A stretch of DNA of 64,000 nucleotides from Verrucomicrobiota bacterium. GTDB lineage: Bacteria > Verrucomicrobiota > Verrucomicrobiia > Limisphaerales > UBA9464. Below the pieces are notes generated by a model. It was not told where the DNA came from and searched no databases. It was given only the letters and a program-made list of their open reading frames with translations. The stretch is taken from contig JAFLEF010000035.1 in assembly GCA_017309115.1 (NCBI GenBank), positions 7,843 through 71,842 on the forward strand, in the 5' to 3' direction. This document shows positions 49,861 to 59,780 of this stretch, in pieces (positions within the stretch are counted from its first letter, which is position 1; the number at the start of each line of letters is the position of its first letter). Position numbers and translations under genes: made by a program.

Positions 49861-52800
49861 GGACCAAATGGTACAGGACAGGCACCGCCATCCGGCTGAT
49901 CAACAGCGAGGCAATCTCACCCGCCATGAGGGAAAGGGCCAAGCCCTGAAATATGGGATCTGCCAGGATCACCGCCGCGCCCACCACCACCGCCATGGCC
50001 GTGAGCAACATTGGACGGAACCGCACCGCGCCCGCGTCCACCACCGCCGCGGTGAGCGGGGCCCCTTCCCGCCGGCGTTGTTCGATGAAATCCACCAGGA
50101 TGATGGAATTCCGCACCACAATGCCCGCGCCCGCCATGAAACCGATCATCGAGGTGGCCGTGAAAAATGCTCCCATCAGACCATGAGCCGGCAGGATTCC
50201 CACCAGCGAGAACGGAATGGCCGCCATGACAATCAGGGGCGTCATGAAGGATCGAAACCAGCCCACCATTAGAACGTAAATGAGCACCAGCACTGCCGCG
50301 AAGGCGAGGCCCAGGTCCCGGAACACTTCCAACGTGATGTGCCATTCGCCGTCCCACTTGATCGCCGGCTGAGCGTCGGAGAAGGGCATGGAGGCGTTGT
50401 AAATCGTCAGGGGTTCTGCGGTCCCCGGAAGAGGAAGGGCGCGCAGCTTTTGATTCATGTCCTGAATGGCATACACCGGACTCTCCACCACGCCTGCCAC
50501 ATCGCCGATGACGTAGGTCACAGGCATCAGATTCTTCCGATGCCGACTCTTGTCGGCCACGGTGTTCTCGACCCGGACCAGTTCCCGAAGCGGCACCAGC
50601 GGCGCCTCGGCGGTGGCCGCTCCCGGTTCCGGCAACGCATTGCCATCGCCCGAACGAACCCGTAGAGCGAGCAGTTCCTCCGGCGTGGTCCGTTGGGAGC
50701 GCGGGAGTTGCAGGACCAGATTCACGTCCTCCTTTTCGCCGGGGACGTGCAACAAATCCACCGACTCCCCACCCACCGCGATCTTCAAGGTCTGCGAGAT
50801 GGTCTCGGCGCTGATGCCGTGCAGTGACGCCTTCTCCTTGTCGATCACCAACCGGGTCTTGGGCTGGTCGTCCTCCACATACCAGTCCACATCCACCACG
50901 CCGGGGGTCGATCGGAATACGTCCCGTACCTGGCGGGCCAACTGGGAACGGGCGGCTTCGTCGGGGCCATACACTTCGGCGACGAGGGTCTGCAACACGG
51001 GCGGTCCGGGCGGAACTTCCGCCACCGCCAACCGGGCCCCGTACTTCTCCGCGATGGCCGCTAACTGCGGACGCACCCGCTTGGCGATGTCATGGCTCTG
51101 ATCGGAACGCTCGTGCTTGTCGACCAGGTTGATCTGGAGATCGGCGACGTTGGCGCCCTGACGCAGAAAGTAATGCCGCACCAACCCGTTGAAATTGAAG
51201 GGTGCCGCCACCCCCACGTAGACCTCGTAGTCGGTCACTTCCGGCTCCCGGGCCACGGCCGCCGCCATCTCGCGCGCGACCTGGGCCGTGCGCTCGAGGG
51301 AGCTGCCTTCCGGCAAATTCACGATGACCTGAAACTCCGATTTATTGTCGAAGGGCAGCATCTTCACCTTCACCCAACCCACGCCCACCGTGGCCATCGA
51401 ACCCAGCAACAGCATGGTGATTCCCGCGAGGAATCCCCACCGCCACGCCGGATGATTCAGCAACGGCCCCATCATCCGCCGATAACCCCGGGTAAAGAAA
51501 TCCTCCTCACCCACGGCGCCCGCATGATGCTGTTCCAATCGGGCGACGCCGTTGCGCCAGCGCAGCAATCGGATCGAAGCCCACGGGGTCACCACGAAGG
51601 CAATCAACAGCGACCACGCCATCGCCGCGCTCGCTCCAATTGGAATGGGCCGCATGTAGGGACCCATCAGCCCGCCCACGAACGCCATGGGCAGGACCGC
51701 TCCAATCACCGCAAAGGTCGCCAGAATGGTGGGATTGCCAACTTCTCCCACCGCTTCCACGGCAATCTCCGCCCACGGCCGACCGCGATTGACGGTCAGG
51801 TGAAAGTGTCGCACGATATTCTCCACCACCACGATCGCGTCATCGACCAGAATGCCGATGCTGAAAATCAGCGCGAAGAGGGTGATTCGGTTGAGCGTGA
51901 AGCCCGCGAGATAGAACACGAGCAGCGTCAGCGCGAGGGTGGAGGGAATGGCCAACGCCACGATGCCCGCCTCCCGCCAGCCCAGGGTGATCCAGATGAG
52001 CAGCGTCACACTCACCACCGCCAGCCCCATGTGGAGCAGGAGTTCGTTGGATTTTTCAGCCGCCGTCCGGCCGTAGTGCCGGGTGATCGCCACCCCGACG
52101 TCGGCCGGAATGATCGTGCCCTTCAGCAGCTCCACCTTCCGCAAGACTTCCTCAGCGACCGCAATGGCATTGGCTCCAGGTCGCTTCGCCACGGCCAGAG
52201 TCACCGCCGCTTCCTCGGCTCCCAATGCCCCCGATTCACCAGCGAACCGCGCGCCCCGACCAAAAAAGACGTAGTTGGAAGGCTCCGCCGCCCCGTCCTC
52301 CACGTCCGCGACATCGCGGAGATACACCGGCCGCCCATCCTGCGTTCCCACCACCACCGACTTCACTTCCTCAGCGGTCTGCAGAAAGGCCCCCGTCTCA
52401 ATCACGATCGCCTGATTTCGCGAGGTGAGTTCTCCGGAATGATACTGCCGGTTCGCCTGCCGCAGCAGCGGGATGATTCCGGCGGCGCTGAGTCCCCGCG
52501 ACGCCAGACGCGCCGGATCCAACAACACCCGCAGTTCCCGGCGAGCGCCGCCAATCAGGGTGGTCTCCGCCACCAACGGCACCTGCTTGATCGCGTCATC
52601 CAACTGCGCCGCCAACCGGCGGAGCGTCAGCGCATCGTAACGCGAACTGTGAAAGGTCAGCGCCAGAATGGGCACGTCGTCGATCGACTTGGGCTTGATC
52701 AGCGGGAAAGCCACTCCGTGCGGCAGGCGATCCAAGTTCGCGCGCAACTTCTCGGCGACTTGCAGCAGACTCTTCTCCGGATCCGACCCCACTTGAAAGC

Positions 52801-53125
52801 GCACAATCACCATCGACTGACCTTCGCGCGACGTGGAGTAGAGGTACTCCACCCCCGGAATCTCCCAGAGTAGCTTCTCCATCGGACGCGTCGCCCGCTC
52901 CTCCACTTCCGCCGCCGAGAAACCCGGCATCGCCGCCAACACATCGATCATGGGCACCTTGATCTGCGGCTCCTCCTCGCGGGGAAGCTGGATCAAGGCA
53001 AAGGCGCCGAGCAACAACGACGCGACCACGAGCAGGGGCGTCAGCTTGGATTGGATAAACGCGTGAGCCACCCAACCCGCCGGGCCGAGGGACGGCGACG
53101 ATTCAACCGGAGTGGACGACTTCAT
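49787..53125 (-). CDS. RND efflux transporter permease (AcrB/HAE-like)
   Basis: 1112 aa with a 12-TM layout. TM4 [25 protein letters not shown] matches the HAE/AcrB-type pattern rather than the CzcA-type DFGIIVDGAVV. ATGA overlap with the MFP gene. Confidence 0.95.
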   Translation of the reverse strand: MKSSTPVESSPSLGPAGWVAHAFIQSKLTPLLVVASLLLGAFALIQLPREEEPQIKVPMIDVLAAMPGFSAAEVEERATRPMEKLLWEIPGVEYLYSTSREGQSMVIVRFQVGSDPEKSLLQVAEKLRANLDRLPHGVAFPLIKPKSIDDVPILALTFHSSRYDALTLRRLAAQLDDAIKQVPLVAETTLIGGARRELRVLLDPARLASRGLSAAGIIPLLRQANRQYHSGELTSRNQAIVIETGAFLQTAEEVKSVVVGTQDGRPVYLRDVADVEDGAAEPSNYVFFGRGARFAGESGALGAEEAAVTLAVAKRPGANAIAVAEEVLRKVELLKGTIIPADVGVAITRHYGRTAAEKSNELLLHMGLAVVSVTLLIWITLGWREAGIVALAIPSTLALTLLVFYLAGFTLNRITLFALIFSIGILVDDAIVVVENIVRHFHLTVNRGRPWAEIAVEAVGEVGNPTILATFAVIGAVLPMAFVGGLMGPYMRPIPIGASAAMAWSLLIAFVVTPWASIRLLRWRNGVARLEQHHAGAVGEEDFFTRGYRRMMGPLLNHPAWRWGFLAGITMLLLGSMATVGVGWVKVKMLPFDNKSEFQVIVNLPEGSSLERTAQVAREMAAAVAREPEVTDYEVYVGVAAPFNFNGLVRHYFLRQGANVADLQINLVDKHERSDQSHDIAKRVRPQLAAIAEKYGARLAVAEVPPGPPVLQTLVAEVYGPDEAARSQLARQVRDVFRSTPGVVDVDWYVEDDQPKTRLVIDKEKASLHGISAETISQTLKIAVGGESVDLLHVPGEKEDVNLVLQLPRSQRTTPEELLALRVRSGDGNALPEPGAATAEAPLVPLRELVRVENTVADKSRHRKNLMPVTYVIGDVAGVVESPVYAIQDMNQKLRALPLPGTAEPLTIYNASMPFSDAQPAIKWDGEWHITLEVFRDLGLAFAAVLVLIYVLMVGWFRSFMTPLIVMAAIPFSLVGILPAHGLMGAFFTATSMIGFMAGAGIVVRNSIILVDFIEQRRREGAPLTAAVVDAGAVRFRPMLLTAMAVVVGAAVILADPIFQGLALSLMAGEIASLLISRMAVPVLYHLVHGGDDERAAESAAASELAEAGSNP

Positions 53126-54189
53126 GGGGCCTCCACCGGTTGTCCTTCCCGATGCACCAGCGCTCCGTCGATCACGACATATTCACCCGGAGAAATTCCA
53201 GACAACACCTCCGCCCGATCTCCCGCGACCTTTCCAGTACGGACGATCCGCAGCAGGGTGCGTCCCTCCTGAACAATCCAGACGTATTCCATCTGACCCC
53301 GCCGAGCAATGGCACTGGCGGGAACCTGAGGCACCGGGATGCCCCCGGTGGGCACCGCCACCCGACCAAATTGACCCGCCCGCAACCCAGGCTGCGCGGC
53401 TAGGTCCAGTTTGACCCGAAAGGTCCGACTCACGGAATCCGCCACCGGCGCGACTTCACTCACCGTGGCCATCAGCACATTCGTGCGGGAATCCAGCCGA
53501 ACCGGAAAGCTGCCCCCCATCTCCAAGCGTTCCAGCAGGGCTTCTGGAACATCGGTTTCGAACCGCAACGCCAGAGGATCCTCGATTTCCAACAGCGGCC
53601 GACCCGGCGTCGCGAGATCTCCAACGTCGGCCAACTTCCGCGTGATCACTCCCTTGAACGGCGCCAAGACCCGGGTGTGGCCCAAAAACGTTTCTGCCTC
53701 GGACACCGACGCCAGGGCCACCCGATGTCGAGCTTCGGTGGCATCGAGATCGGCCTGGGTTACGGCTCCGTCCTTCACCAACTTGGAGATTCGTTCGAGA
53801 TCCCGGGCCGTTTGTTCGCGAACCGCAATCGCGGAATCCAACCGGGCTTGCGCTTCCCGCGCATCCAAGGTGAGCAACAGTTCGCCGGCATTCACGGTCT
53901 GCCCCGGATTCACCCGCAACGTTTCAATCCGTCCGGGAACCTTGGCCTCCACCGCCGCGCGCAACCGCGCCCGGACGGTTCCCACCACTTCCTCGGTCGC
54001 CCCGGAGGCCCGAAGTTCAACCGGCGCCACCCGAGCCTTGACCGCCGGCAGCGCTGCCGGCGCGGTGCTTGTCGGGGCGTGCGGACGACATCCCGCGGCC
54101 AACAGAGCCAGACCGAGAGCCGCCCCTACCGGACGCAGCCAGAGCCGGACCGGGCGTCCCGGGGACAGAAGGAAAGAAGTTCGTGTCAT
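53122..54189 (-). CDS. RND efflux periplasmic adaptor (membrane fusion protein)
   Basis: 355 aa with a signal/lipoprotein-like N-terminus ([13 protein letters not shown]). Shows the biotinyl-lipoyl-like hairpin pattern ([31 protein letters not shown]...[17 protein letters not shown]) and a coiled-coil segment. Confidence 0.9.
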   Translation of the reverse strand: MTRTSFLLSPGRPVRLWLRPVGAALGLALLAAGCRPHAPTSTAPAALPAVKARVAPVELRASGATEEVVGTVRARLRAAVEAKVPGRIETLRVNPGQTVNAGELLLTLDAREAQARLDSAIAVREQTARDLERISKLVKDGAVTQADLDATEARHRVALASVSEAETFLGHTRVLAPFKGVITRKLADVGDLATPGRPLLEIEDPLALRFETDVPEALLERLEMGGSFPVRLDSRTNVLMATVSEVAPVADSVSRTFRVKLDLAAQPGLRAGQFGRVAVPTGGIPVPQVPASAIARRGQMEYVWIVQEGRTLLRIVRTGKVAGDRAEVLSGISPGEYVVIDGALVHREGQPVEAP

Positions 54190-54255
54190 GGGCTTCAGGG
54201 AAACAGAGCAACCTCACCGCCTCGCGGACCACTCGGGGCTCCTCCGTTTCTGCTT

Positions 54256-54284
54256 TTGCTTTAATGAGTATATGCGCATATATA
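54256..54284 (+). promoter_or_regulatory. Candidate sigma70-type promoter of arsR with an overlapping perfect 14-bp palindromic operator
   Basis: An AT-rich island in GC-rich DNA. TTGCTT (54256-54261), 17-nt spacer, TATATA (54279-54284). The perfect palindrome TATATGCGCATATA (54269-54282) spans the spacer and -10. It sits between the divergent MFP-RND operon (start 54189) and arsR (start 54318). Confidence 0.5.
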
Positions 54285-54317
54285 GACGTGCAAGCCGAAA
54301 TGTGCTCTCTTGGATGC

Positions 54318-54653
54318 ATGTCGAAACGGTTGCCGATGCCGACGGATGCCGCACTGGAGTTGATCGCCGCCCGCTTCCGGGTCCTGGGCGAGCCCAGCCG
54401 GCTCAAGTTGATTCGCGCCCTGGAGTCCGGGGAAAAGCCCGTGAATGAGCTGATGACGGCCACCGGACTCACCCAGGCCAATACCTCCCGTCATCTGCAG
54501 ACTCTGACCCAGGCGGGAATCCTGGGTCGCCGCCGCGAAGGATTGAACGTCATCTACTTCATTGCCGATTCCTCGATCTTCGAACTCTGTGCGCACGTTT
54601 GCGGTTCCATGCAGCGCCAGGCCGTGAATCAGGCCAAGATCATCGGCAGCTGA
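54318..54653 (+). CDS. ArsR/SmtB-family metalloregulatory transcriptional repressor
   Basis: From ATG 54318 (alternative in-frame ATG at 54300): MSKRLPMPTDAALELIAARFRVLGEPSRLKLIRALESGEKPVNELMTATGLTQANTSRHLQTLTQAGILGRRREGLNVIYF is a winged HTH of the ArsR family. The track start at 54069 lies inside the divergent gene. Confidence 0.9.
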   Translation: MSKRLPMPTDAALELIAARFRVLGEPSRLKLIRALESGEKPVNELMTATGLTQANTSRHLQTLTQAGILGRRREGLNVIYFIADSSIFELCAHVCGSMQRQAVNQAKIIGS

Positions 54654-54757
54654 TTCCGCTCCTGGTGGGGGGACAACAAGTCCGGGGTGTTCTTCGGCAA
54701 TTCTGGTGAAGCCGATTCGGGTGGCGCTGCCTCAGGCTGAACCCAGGAATCGAAACC

Positions 54758-55069
54758 ATGAAGACCACCTCCAAAGCCCCCGCTCCGCAGCGGATCCGTT
54801 TTCGACTTCCGTTTCTCCCCGCGCAACGGGTCAATCTGGCTGGCTCCTTTAACAATTGGGATCCCGATCAATTGGCCTTGCTCGACGTCGGCGGCAAACA
54901 TTGGGAAATCGAGATTCCCCTGCCGGCGGGAACGCATGAATACCGGTTTGTGGTGGATGGCCGGTGGATGACGGATCCCGCCAATCCCCAGACCGTCCCG
55001 AATGGATTCGGACACTTTAACTCGGTGATCACTGTTCCTGCATCCCGTTCCCGGAAAGCCAAATCATGA
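54758..55069 (+). CDS. Glycogen-binding CBM48 / AMPK-beta-like early-set domain protein
   Basis: 103 aa: RFRLPFLPAQRVNLAGSFNNWDPDQLALLDVGGKHWEIEIPLPAGTHEYRFVVDGRWMTDPANP matches the AMPK1_CBM pattern. Confidence 0.75.
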   Translation: MKTTSKAPAPQRIRFRLPFLPAQRVNLAGSFNNWDPDQLALLDVGGKHWEIEIPLPAGTHEYRFVVDGRWMTDPANPQTVPNGFGHFNSVITVPASRSRKAKS

Positions 55070-55653
55070 AAACCACTCCCAAGTCGGCCCGGTCTGCCCG
55101 GAATGCTACCCGGCCCAAATCCAAAGCCCGCGTGGTGCTCACGGATCAGCAAGGGCGCCGGGTCGCCTCCGCTCCCATCATCGAGCTGGCTCCGGTCCGC
55201 TTTCACATCCGACGAATCTTGGTTCCCGTCGATTTTTCCGCCAACTCCCGGGAATCCCTCCGGTATGCCTGCCGTTTTGCCGAACAATTCGGCGCCGAAA
55301 TCTGCCTGCTGCATGTCATCGAACCGATGATGCTGGGTGGCGATTTCGGCTACACCCCAGTTCCCTCTGGCGACTTGGATGAACAACGGATGGAGAGCGC
55401 CCGCCGCGAACTCAAGACCATCGCCGGCGAATTGGGCGCCGGAGTTCCCGTGGAATCCCTGGTGCGCCTAGGCCGAGCTTGGAAGGAAATTACCGAAACC
55501 GCCCGCCTCAAACCGGCCGATCTCCTGATTGTCTCCACCCACGGCTACACCGGTTTCAAATACGCCTTACTCGGCAGCGTCGCCGAAAAAATTGTACGCC
55601 ACTCGCCCTGCCCGGTCCTGGTCGTCCGCCCCGGGGAACACGACTTTCTCTGA
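55066..55653 (+). CDS. Universal stress protein (UspA family)
   Basis: ILVPVDFSANSRESLRYACRFAEQFGAEICLLHVIEP ... LIVSTHGYTGFKYALLGSVAEKIVRHSPCPVLVVRP. ATGA overlap with the CBM48 gene. Confidence 0.9.
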   Translation: MKTTPKSARSARNATRPKSKARVVLTDQQGRRVASAPIIELAPVRFHIRRILVPVDFSANSRESLRYACRFAEQFGAEICLLHVIEPMMLGGDFGYTPVPSGDLDEQRMESARRELKTIAGELGAGVPVESLVRLGRAWKEITETARLKPADLLIVSTHGYTGFKYALLGSVAEKIVRHSPCPVLVVRPGEHDFL

Positions 55654-55723
55654 CGTCAGCGGGGACGGCCCCTACTTTCCTCAGATTTCCGGTGTAAGGG
55701 ACGCCGGAAACCATCGACCCACT

Positions 55724-55755
55724 GCGGGGAACCGATCCCCGCTCGATAGCTTTTT
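55724..55755 (+). terminator. Weak candidate intrinsic terminator after usp
   Basis: GCGGGGA (55724-55730) / TCCCCGC (55736-55742) stem with a 5-nt loop. The TTTTT run at 55751-55755 lies 8 nt from the stem, which is suboptimal. Confidence 0.3.
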
Positions 55756-56070
55756 CAACGGAACATTCGCCTTCTTGGCCCCGCCAGCTGCGGTCCACGC
55801 TGCTGCCCACCTGTCATGAGGTTAGCCATCGGCACTCGCACTCCCTCGACCGACACCTGAGTTGGGCGGAGCGTTGCGGCTGGACGCTGCACTTGGCCTT
55901 CTGCGGTCTGTGCCGCCGCTGGCGACGGCAAATCCGGTTCCTCCACCAATTGACCCGCCGGCCGGAAGCCGGTCATCCCCCCTTCTTCCGCCTTCCCCCT
56001 GAAGCCCGCCAACGGCTCCTTCGCCGACTTCGCGAAGCCGTTCAACCCCCTCAGTCCGCGGGCCAATCCC

Positions 56071-56745
56071 ATGAACATCGCCAAGACTGACAAGCCAGCC
56101 CCGCCAGGAGACACTCGCCCGGACTCCGTCCGCCCCGGCATGACCTCCACTCCGACCCTGGACCCCGAACGTTGGGTCGATGATCACGGTGATTATCTGT
56201 TCCACTACGCGCTGTCGCGACTCCGGGATCCCGTGCAGGCGGAGGACTTCGTTCAGGAAGCGCTTCTGGCGGCACTCCGCAGTGCCGACCGCTATCAGGG
56301 ACGATCCACCGAGCGCACCTGGCTGGCCGGAATCCTGAAGCACAAGATCCTCGATCACTTCCGTAAGTCCGGTCGGGAAACATCGTTCACCGATCTCGAG
56401 TTCTACGCCGGCGAAGAGGAAAACACCTTCCGCAACGAACTCTATCCGGAGCACTGGAACCGGGAAATGGCCCCCCAGGAGTGGGCCGACGCTGGCGCCG
56501 CGCTGGATCGCGAGGAGTTCTGGCGCGTCTTTCACCGGTGTTCTGGAAAGCTACCCGACCGGGTGGCGCGCGTATTCCTGTTGCGGGAAGTCGACAATGT
56601 TTCCAGCGAAGATATCTGCGCCACTCTGGGTATCTCGCCCAACAATCTTTGGGTCATGCTCCACCGGGCCCGCCTCGCTTTGCGGCGATGTTTGGAGGTG
56701 AACTGGTTCGGAGCAGATTCCCCATCGGAGGAAGGAAAACCATGA
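56071..56745 (+). CDS. ECF (sigma-70 family) RNA polymerase sigma factor
   Basis: DFVQEALLAALRSADRYQGRSTERTWLAGILKHKILDHFRK (region 2) and LPDRVARVFLLREVDNVSSEDICATLGISPNNLWVMLHRARLALRRCLE (region 4). The start may be ATG 56071 or ATG 56140. Confidence 0.9.
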   Translation: MNIAKTDKPAPPGDTRPDSVRPGMTSTPTLDPERWVDDHGDYLFHYALSRLRDPVQAEDFVQEALLAALRSADRYQGRSTERTWLAGILKHKILDHFRKSGRETSFTDLEFYAGEEENTFRNELYPEHWNREMAPQEWADAGAALDREEFWRVFHRCSGKLPDRVARVFLLREVDNVSSEDICATLGISPNNLWVMLHRARLALRRCLEVNWFGADSPSEEGKP

Positions 56746-57050
56746 GTGCTCGACCTGGAGGCTGGCGGCGGCGCTGGATACTTCTGCTCGCCTTTCTGAC
56801 GCCCCCCTGCCGACGCATCGTGGCTCTGGGTTCCCGCGAACTGGATGGCGCGGCGGCTCCGTGGGACCGCTGGCGGATCCGGGTCCATCGCAGCATCTGC
56901 ACCGGATGTCGTCGCTATCTTCAGCAACTGGAAATCCTCCGCGAAGCCGCCCATGGTTCCACGGATCGCCCCCCACCGACCACCCGGCTCAGTACCGAAT
57001 CCCGCGACCGACTCAAGCGCCGCCTCCGTTGCGAGCCCGCCAAGAGCTAA
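56742..57050 (+). CDS. Putative zf-HC2 anti-sigma factor (small, no obvious TM after the zinc finger)
   Basis: The ATG overlaps the sigma stop (ATGA at 56742-56745). MSARPGGWRRRWILLLAFLTPPCRRIVALGSRELDGAAAPWDRWRIRVHRSICTGCRRYLQQLEILREA carries the C...H-x3-C-x2-C pattern. Confidence 0.65.
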   Translation: MSARPGGWRRRWILLLAFLTPPCRRIVALGSRELDGAAAPWDRWRIRVHRSICTGCRRYLQQLEILREAAHGSTDRPPPTTRLSTESRDRLKRRLRCEPAKS

Positions 57051-57072
57051 CCTCATCTGTCCACTACCACCC

Positions 57073-57345
57073 GGTAGAGCGACGCTCCGCGGAGCCGTTC
57101 CCTCGTGGACTCCTGACGCGTCACTCGCCGAGACGCGAACGGCTCGGTGTAACCTCGCCCTACCTTTGGAGTGCGGTAGCGAAGCCCGCGTAGCTACTGC
57201 TTTTCGACTCGGCTGCTGACGCGTCGAGTCACTCCAACCCTCACCCGCCTCCCACGCGCCCCAAAGCGCTGGTGCACTCCAAACTCTCGCTTCCCGCTTG
57301 CCGCTTACCGCTTACCGGTTTTGCCTCTCAGCTCTCAGCTTCCCC
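57073..57345 (+). repeat. Most complete composite intergenic repeat: A (57073-57164), B (57167-57236), C (57237-57289), D (57290-57345)
   Basis: A: GGTAGAGCGACGCTCCGCGGAGCCGTTC...GAACGGCTCGGTGTAACCTCGCCCTACC (inverted arms). B: TGGAGTG CGGTAGC..GCTACTG...GACGCGTCGAGT CACTCCA. C: ACCCTCACCCGCCTCCCACGCGCCCCAAAGCGC.. D: CTTCCCGCTTGCCGCTTACCGCTTACCGG..TCTCAGCTCTCAGCTTCCC. Confidence 0.88.
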
Positions 57346-57485
57346 CTACCGATCCACCGCCGGACCAGCCTGTGGCCGGCCGCAGAGGAAATGACGCCAA
57401 ACCGGCCCTTTCGGTCCAACCCCGGACCAAATCCGACGCAAAATCCACCTGGCATTCCGGCTGCAAAGGACCCGGCGTGAATCGT

Positions 57486-58601
57486 ATGACATCTCGTTTC
57501 TTGTCCTCCAAAACCGTCCTCTCCACCGCGCTTTCGCTCGCCGCTTGGGTTCCCGGGTTGGCCTTCGCCGCCACTTATCAAGTCACTGACCTGGGTGCGC
57601 TCCCCGGCTACGCCACCAGCACCGCCACCTCGATCAATGAGCGGGGCGACGTCGTCGGCTACTGCTCGCCCACCCGCGAGGACATGAACCAACGCGCCTT
57701 TGTCTGGCGTCAGGGTTCGCTCACCGATCTCGGTGCCCTGCCCGGCGGCAACTACAGCCTGCCTACCTCAATCAACGCTCAAGGCGTGATCGTCGGAGAC
57801 GGCGACACCGGCAATTTCCGGCCCCAAAGCTGGGTCACTCGCGCCGGGGGCCTGTTCCAGTTTTTCCCCAACAACGGCGGCAATACTCACGCGTTGTTCG
57901 TGAGCGATTCCGGCTGGATCGGCGGATACTACACCAAGAGCCTCGGCGGCTGGACGTCGTCGTGGAAGGGCGCCATCTGGAGCGCCGATCCCAAGAAGCC
58001 CGATCGCTTGCGCGTGATCGACCTGCCCGTGCTGCCCGGCGGAATCAATCGCAAAGCCACCGCCTCCTTTCCCGCCGCGTTCAATCAGAAGGGCCAAGCC
58101 GCCGGTTACGCGCAAACCGATGTGATCGGCCAGCACGCCTGTTTCTGGAACAACAACGCCACTCATTCCATTGTCGATCTGGGGGTGTTCCCTGGTGACT
58201 CGAGCAGTGTGGCCGAGGCGATCAACGACCACGGTCAGGTCGCCGGCACCAGCCATCCCGCCTTCGGCAGCCGCGCCGTGATTTGGAACAACGATGCCAA
58301 CCACACAGTTGCGGAACTGGCGCTCCTGCCGGGCGACAACTACGGCGGCGCCTACGCACTCAACAATCTCGGTCACGCTCTCGGCTACAGTGCCTACGGC
58401 GTCCCAGGCACCTGGGATATCGGCCCGGCGCAAATCGTGATCTGGCGCGACGGCAGCGTTTTCCCACTTCAATCGCTGGTCGATGCCAACTCCGGATGGG
58501 TCATCACCCAGGCTGCCGCCCTGAATCATCAGGGCCAAATCGTCGGTCAAGGCACCCGGAACGGACAGACCCACGCGCTCCTCCTCACTCCGCAGCCCTG
58601 A
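57486..58601 (+). CDS. HAF-family extracellular repeat protein
   Basis: From ATG 57486: MTSRFLSSKTVLSTALSLAAWVPGLAFA (signal peptide). This is followed by repeated ..A(T/Y)(S/A)IN(E/A/D)(R/Q/H)G(D/V/Q)(V/I)(V/A)G.. units (INERGDVVGY, INAQGVIVGD, INDHGQVAGT, LNNLGHALGY, LNHQGQIVGQG). The track start at 57321 lies in the repeat element. Confidence 0.8.
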   Translation: MTSRFLSSKTVLSTALSLAAWVPGLAFAATYQVTDLGALPGYATSTATSINERGDVVGYCSPTREDMNQRAFVWRQGSLTDLGALPGGNYSLPTSINAQGVIVGDGDTGNFRPQSWVTRAGGLFQFFPNNGGNTHALFVSDSGWIGGYYTKSLGGWTSSWKGAIWSADPKKPDRLRVIDLPVLPGGINRKATASFPAAFNQKGQAAGYAQTDVIGQHACFWNNNATHSIVDLGVFPGDSSSVAEAINDHGQVAGTSHPAFGSRAVIWNNDANHTVAELALLPGDNYGGAYALNNLGHALGYSAYGVPGTWDIGPAQIVIWRDGSVFPLQSLVDANSGWVITQAAALNHQGQIVGQGTRNGQTHALLLTPQP

Positions 58602-58734
58602 ACAACGACCTCGAACGCCGCCCGAACCTGGAATGGTGGCTCCATGGAATCACCCATCTGGCGGTTCCACGAGCCAGCAGGTCCTCGGGTGCGTTCTCTG
58701 AACACTTATCTGATTCACCTCTTTGCGTCGCTCC

Positions 58735-59697
58735 ATGAAATCCATCCTTAACGCTCTCACCCTCGCCGCCGCCGTTCTCCTTCCGGTCTCCGCGGCCCAG
58801 GCTCAGACGATTATCGACTTCGAGGATCTCGGAACCACCCAGTTCGGCACCCATATGCCGGACGTCTACGAAAACCTCTCCTGGCGGACCAGCGACTGGC
58901 ACTTTCTCACCTCACCGACGAATCCGTCGAACAACTACCTCGCCCTTTCGGGAACCGCCACGGCCGTGGTGCGCCCGGGCGGTGCAGACTTCTACTTCGA
59001 GGGTGCCACGTTCTGGAGCCGGCGCGGACTCGACGCCAATGGCAGCTTCTATTTTATCCTCTATCGAGATGGCGCCACCGTTTACGACGGCCGACTCGAT
59101 CCGGACGGCCGACGCTTGTTCACCGCCGCTCCCACGGTCCACGTACCCAACTACACCGGCCCGATCGACGGTTGGGCCGTGGTCTTCCGGCAAGGCGGTG
59201 ACGACTGGAATCACCTCGCCATGGACGACGTCCAAACTCGGGCCATTCCCACTGAACCTGCCGACCTCCCCTTGGTGACCGCGCCCTACACGTTCTCGGG
59301 TCAGCAAAGCTCCACCGCCGTGGACGCCACCGGTCGGCGCTCCGCCACCTACAGCGGAAGCATCCAAAGCTCGGCCGCCGGACGCATCCGGGGCACCCTG
59401 ACCTTCACCGTCCAATACCGCGTAGTGGACGGCACGGGGATATCGGTGGGCGGACGTTGGTCGTTGACCACCTCCAGCAAGAACAGCGCGCCCTTCACGA
59501 CCACGGGCGAGATTGCCACGGGCTCGGTCCTTCCGATCACCTCTGCGGGGTCTTTGGCCGGTGGTACCCTACCGCTGACCTTTCTCTCCGGCGATCCGGC
59601 CTGGCCCATTTCCGCCGACTTCAACAGCGCCCTCGACAGCAGCCGCCGACCCAAACTCAAAGGTGGCTTTAACCTAACCTATCCGGTCGTTCCCTGA
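58735..59697 (+). CDS. Secreted hypothetical protein
   Basis: ATG 58735 gives MKSILNALTLAAAVLLPVSAAQAQ (signal peptide). Coding-like composition throughout. No recognisable catalytic motif and no PEP-CTERM tail. Confidence 0.65.
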   Translation: MKSILNALTLAAAVLLPVSAAQAQTIIDFEDLGTTQFGTHMPDVYENLSWRTSDWHFLTSPTNPSNNYLALSGTATAVVRPGGADFYFEGATFWSRRGLDANGSFYFILYRDGATVYDGRLDPDGRRLFTAAPTVHVPNYTGPIDGWAVVFRQGGDDWNHLAMDDVQTRAIPTEPADLPLVTAPYTFSGQQSSTAVDATGRRSATYSGSIQSSAAGRIRGTLTFTVQYRVVDGTGISVGGRWSLTTSSKNSAPFTTTGEIATGSVLPITSAGSLAGGTLPLTFLSGDPAWPISADFNSALDSSRRPKLKGGFNLTYPVVP

Positions 59698-59780
59698 CCT
59701 CCGGAGCCTCCTCTCTCAAGCCACCGTCGGAGTCCTTCCCTGGCGGTGGCTCTTTTGTCCTTCTTTCCCGTCTCAACTCC

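Noticed and set aside
55822-56535. A 237-aa minus-strand ORF (and 55755-56150) overlapping the second ECF sigma gene and its upstream region
   Set aside because: The + strand ECF sigma has unmistakable region 2/4 motifs, while the minus ORF product is low-complexity (GG/RR/AS-rich). The 55654-56070 spacer shows no convincing coding signal on either strand.
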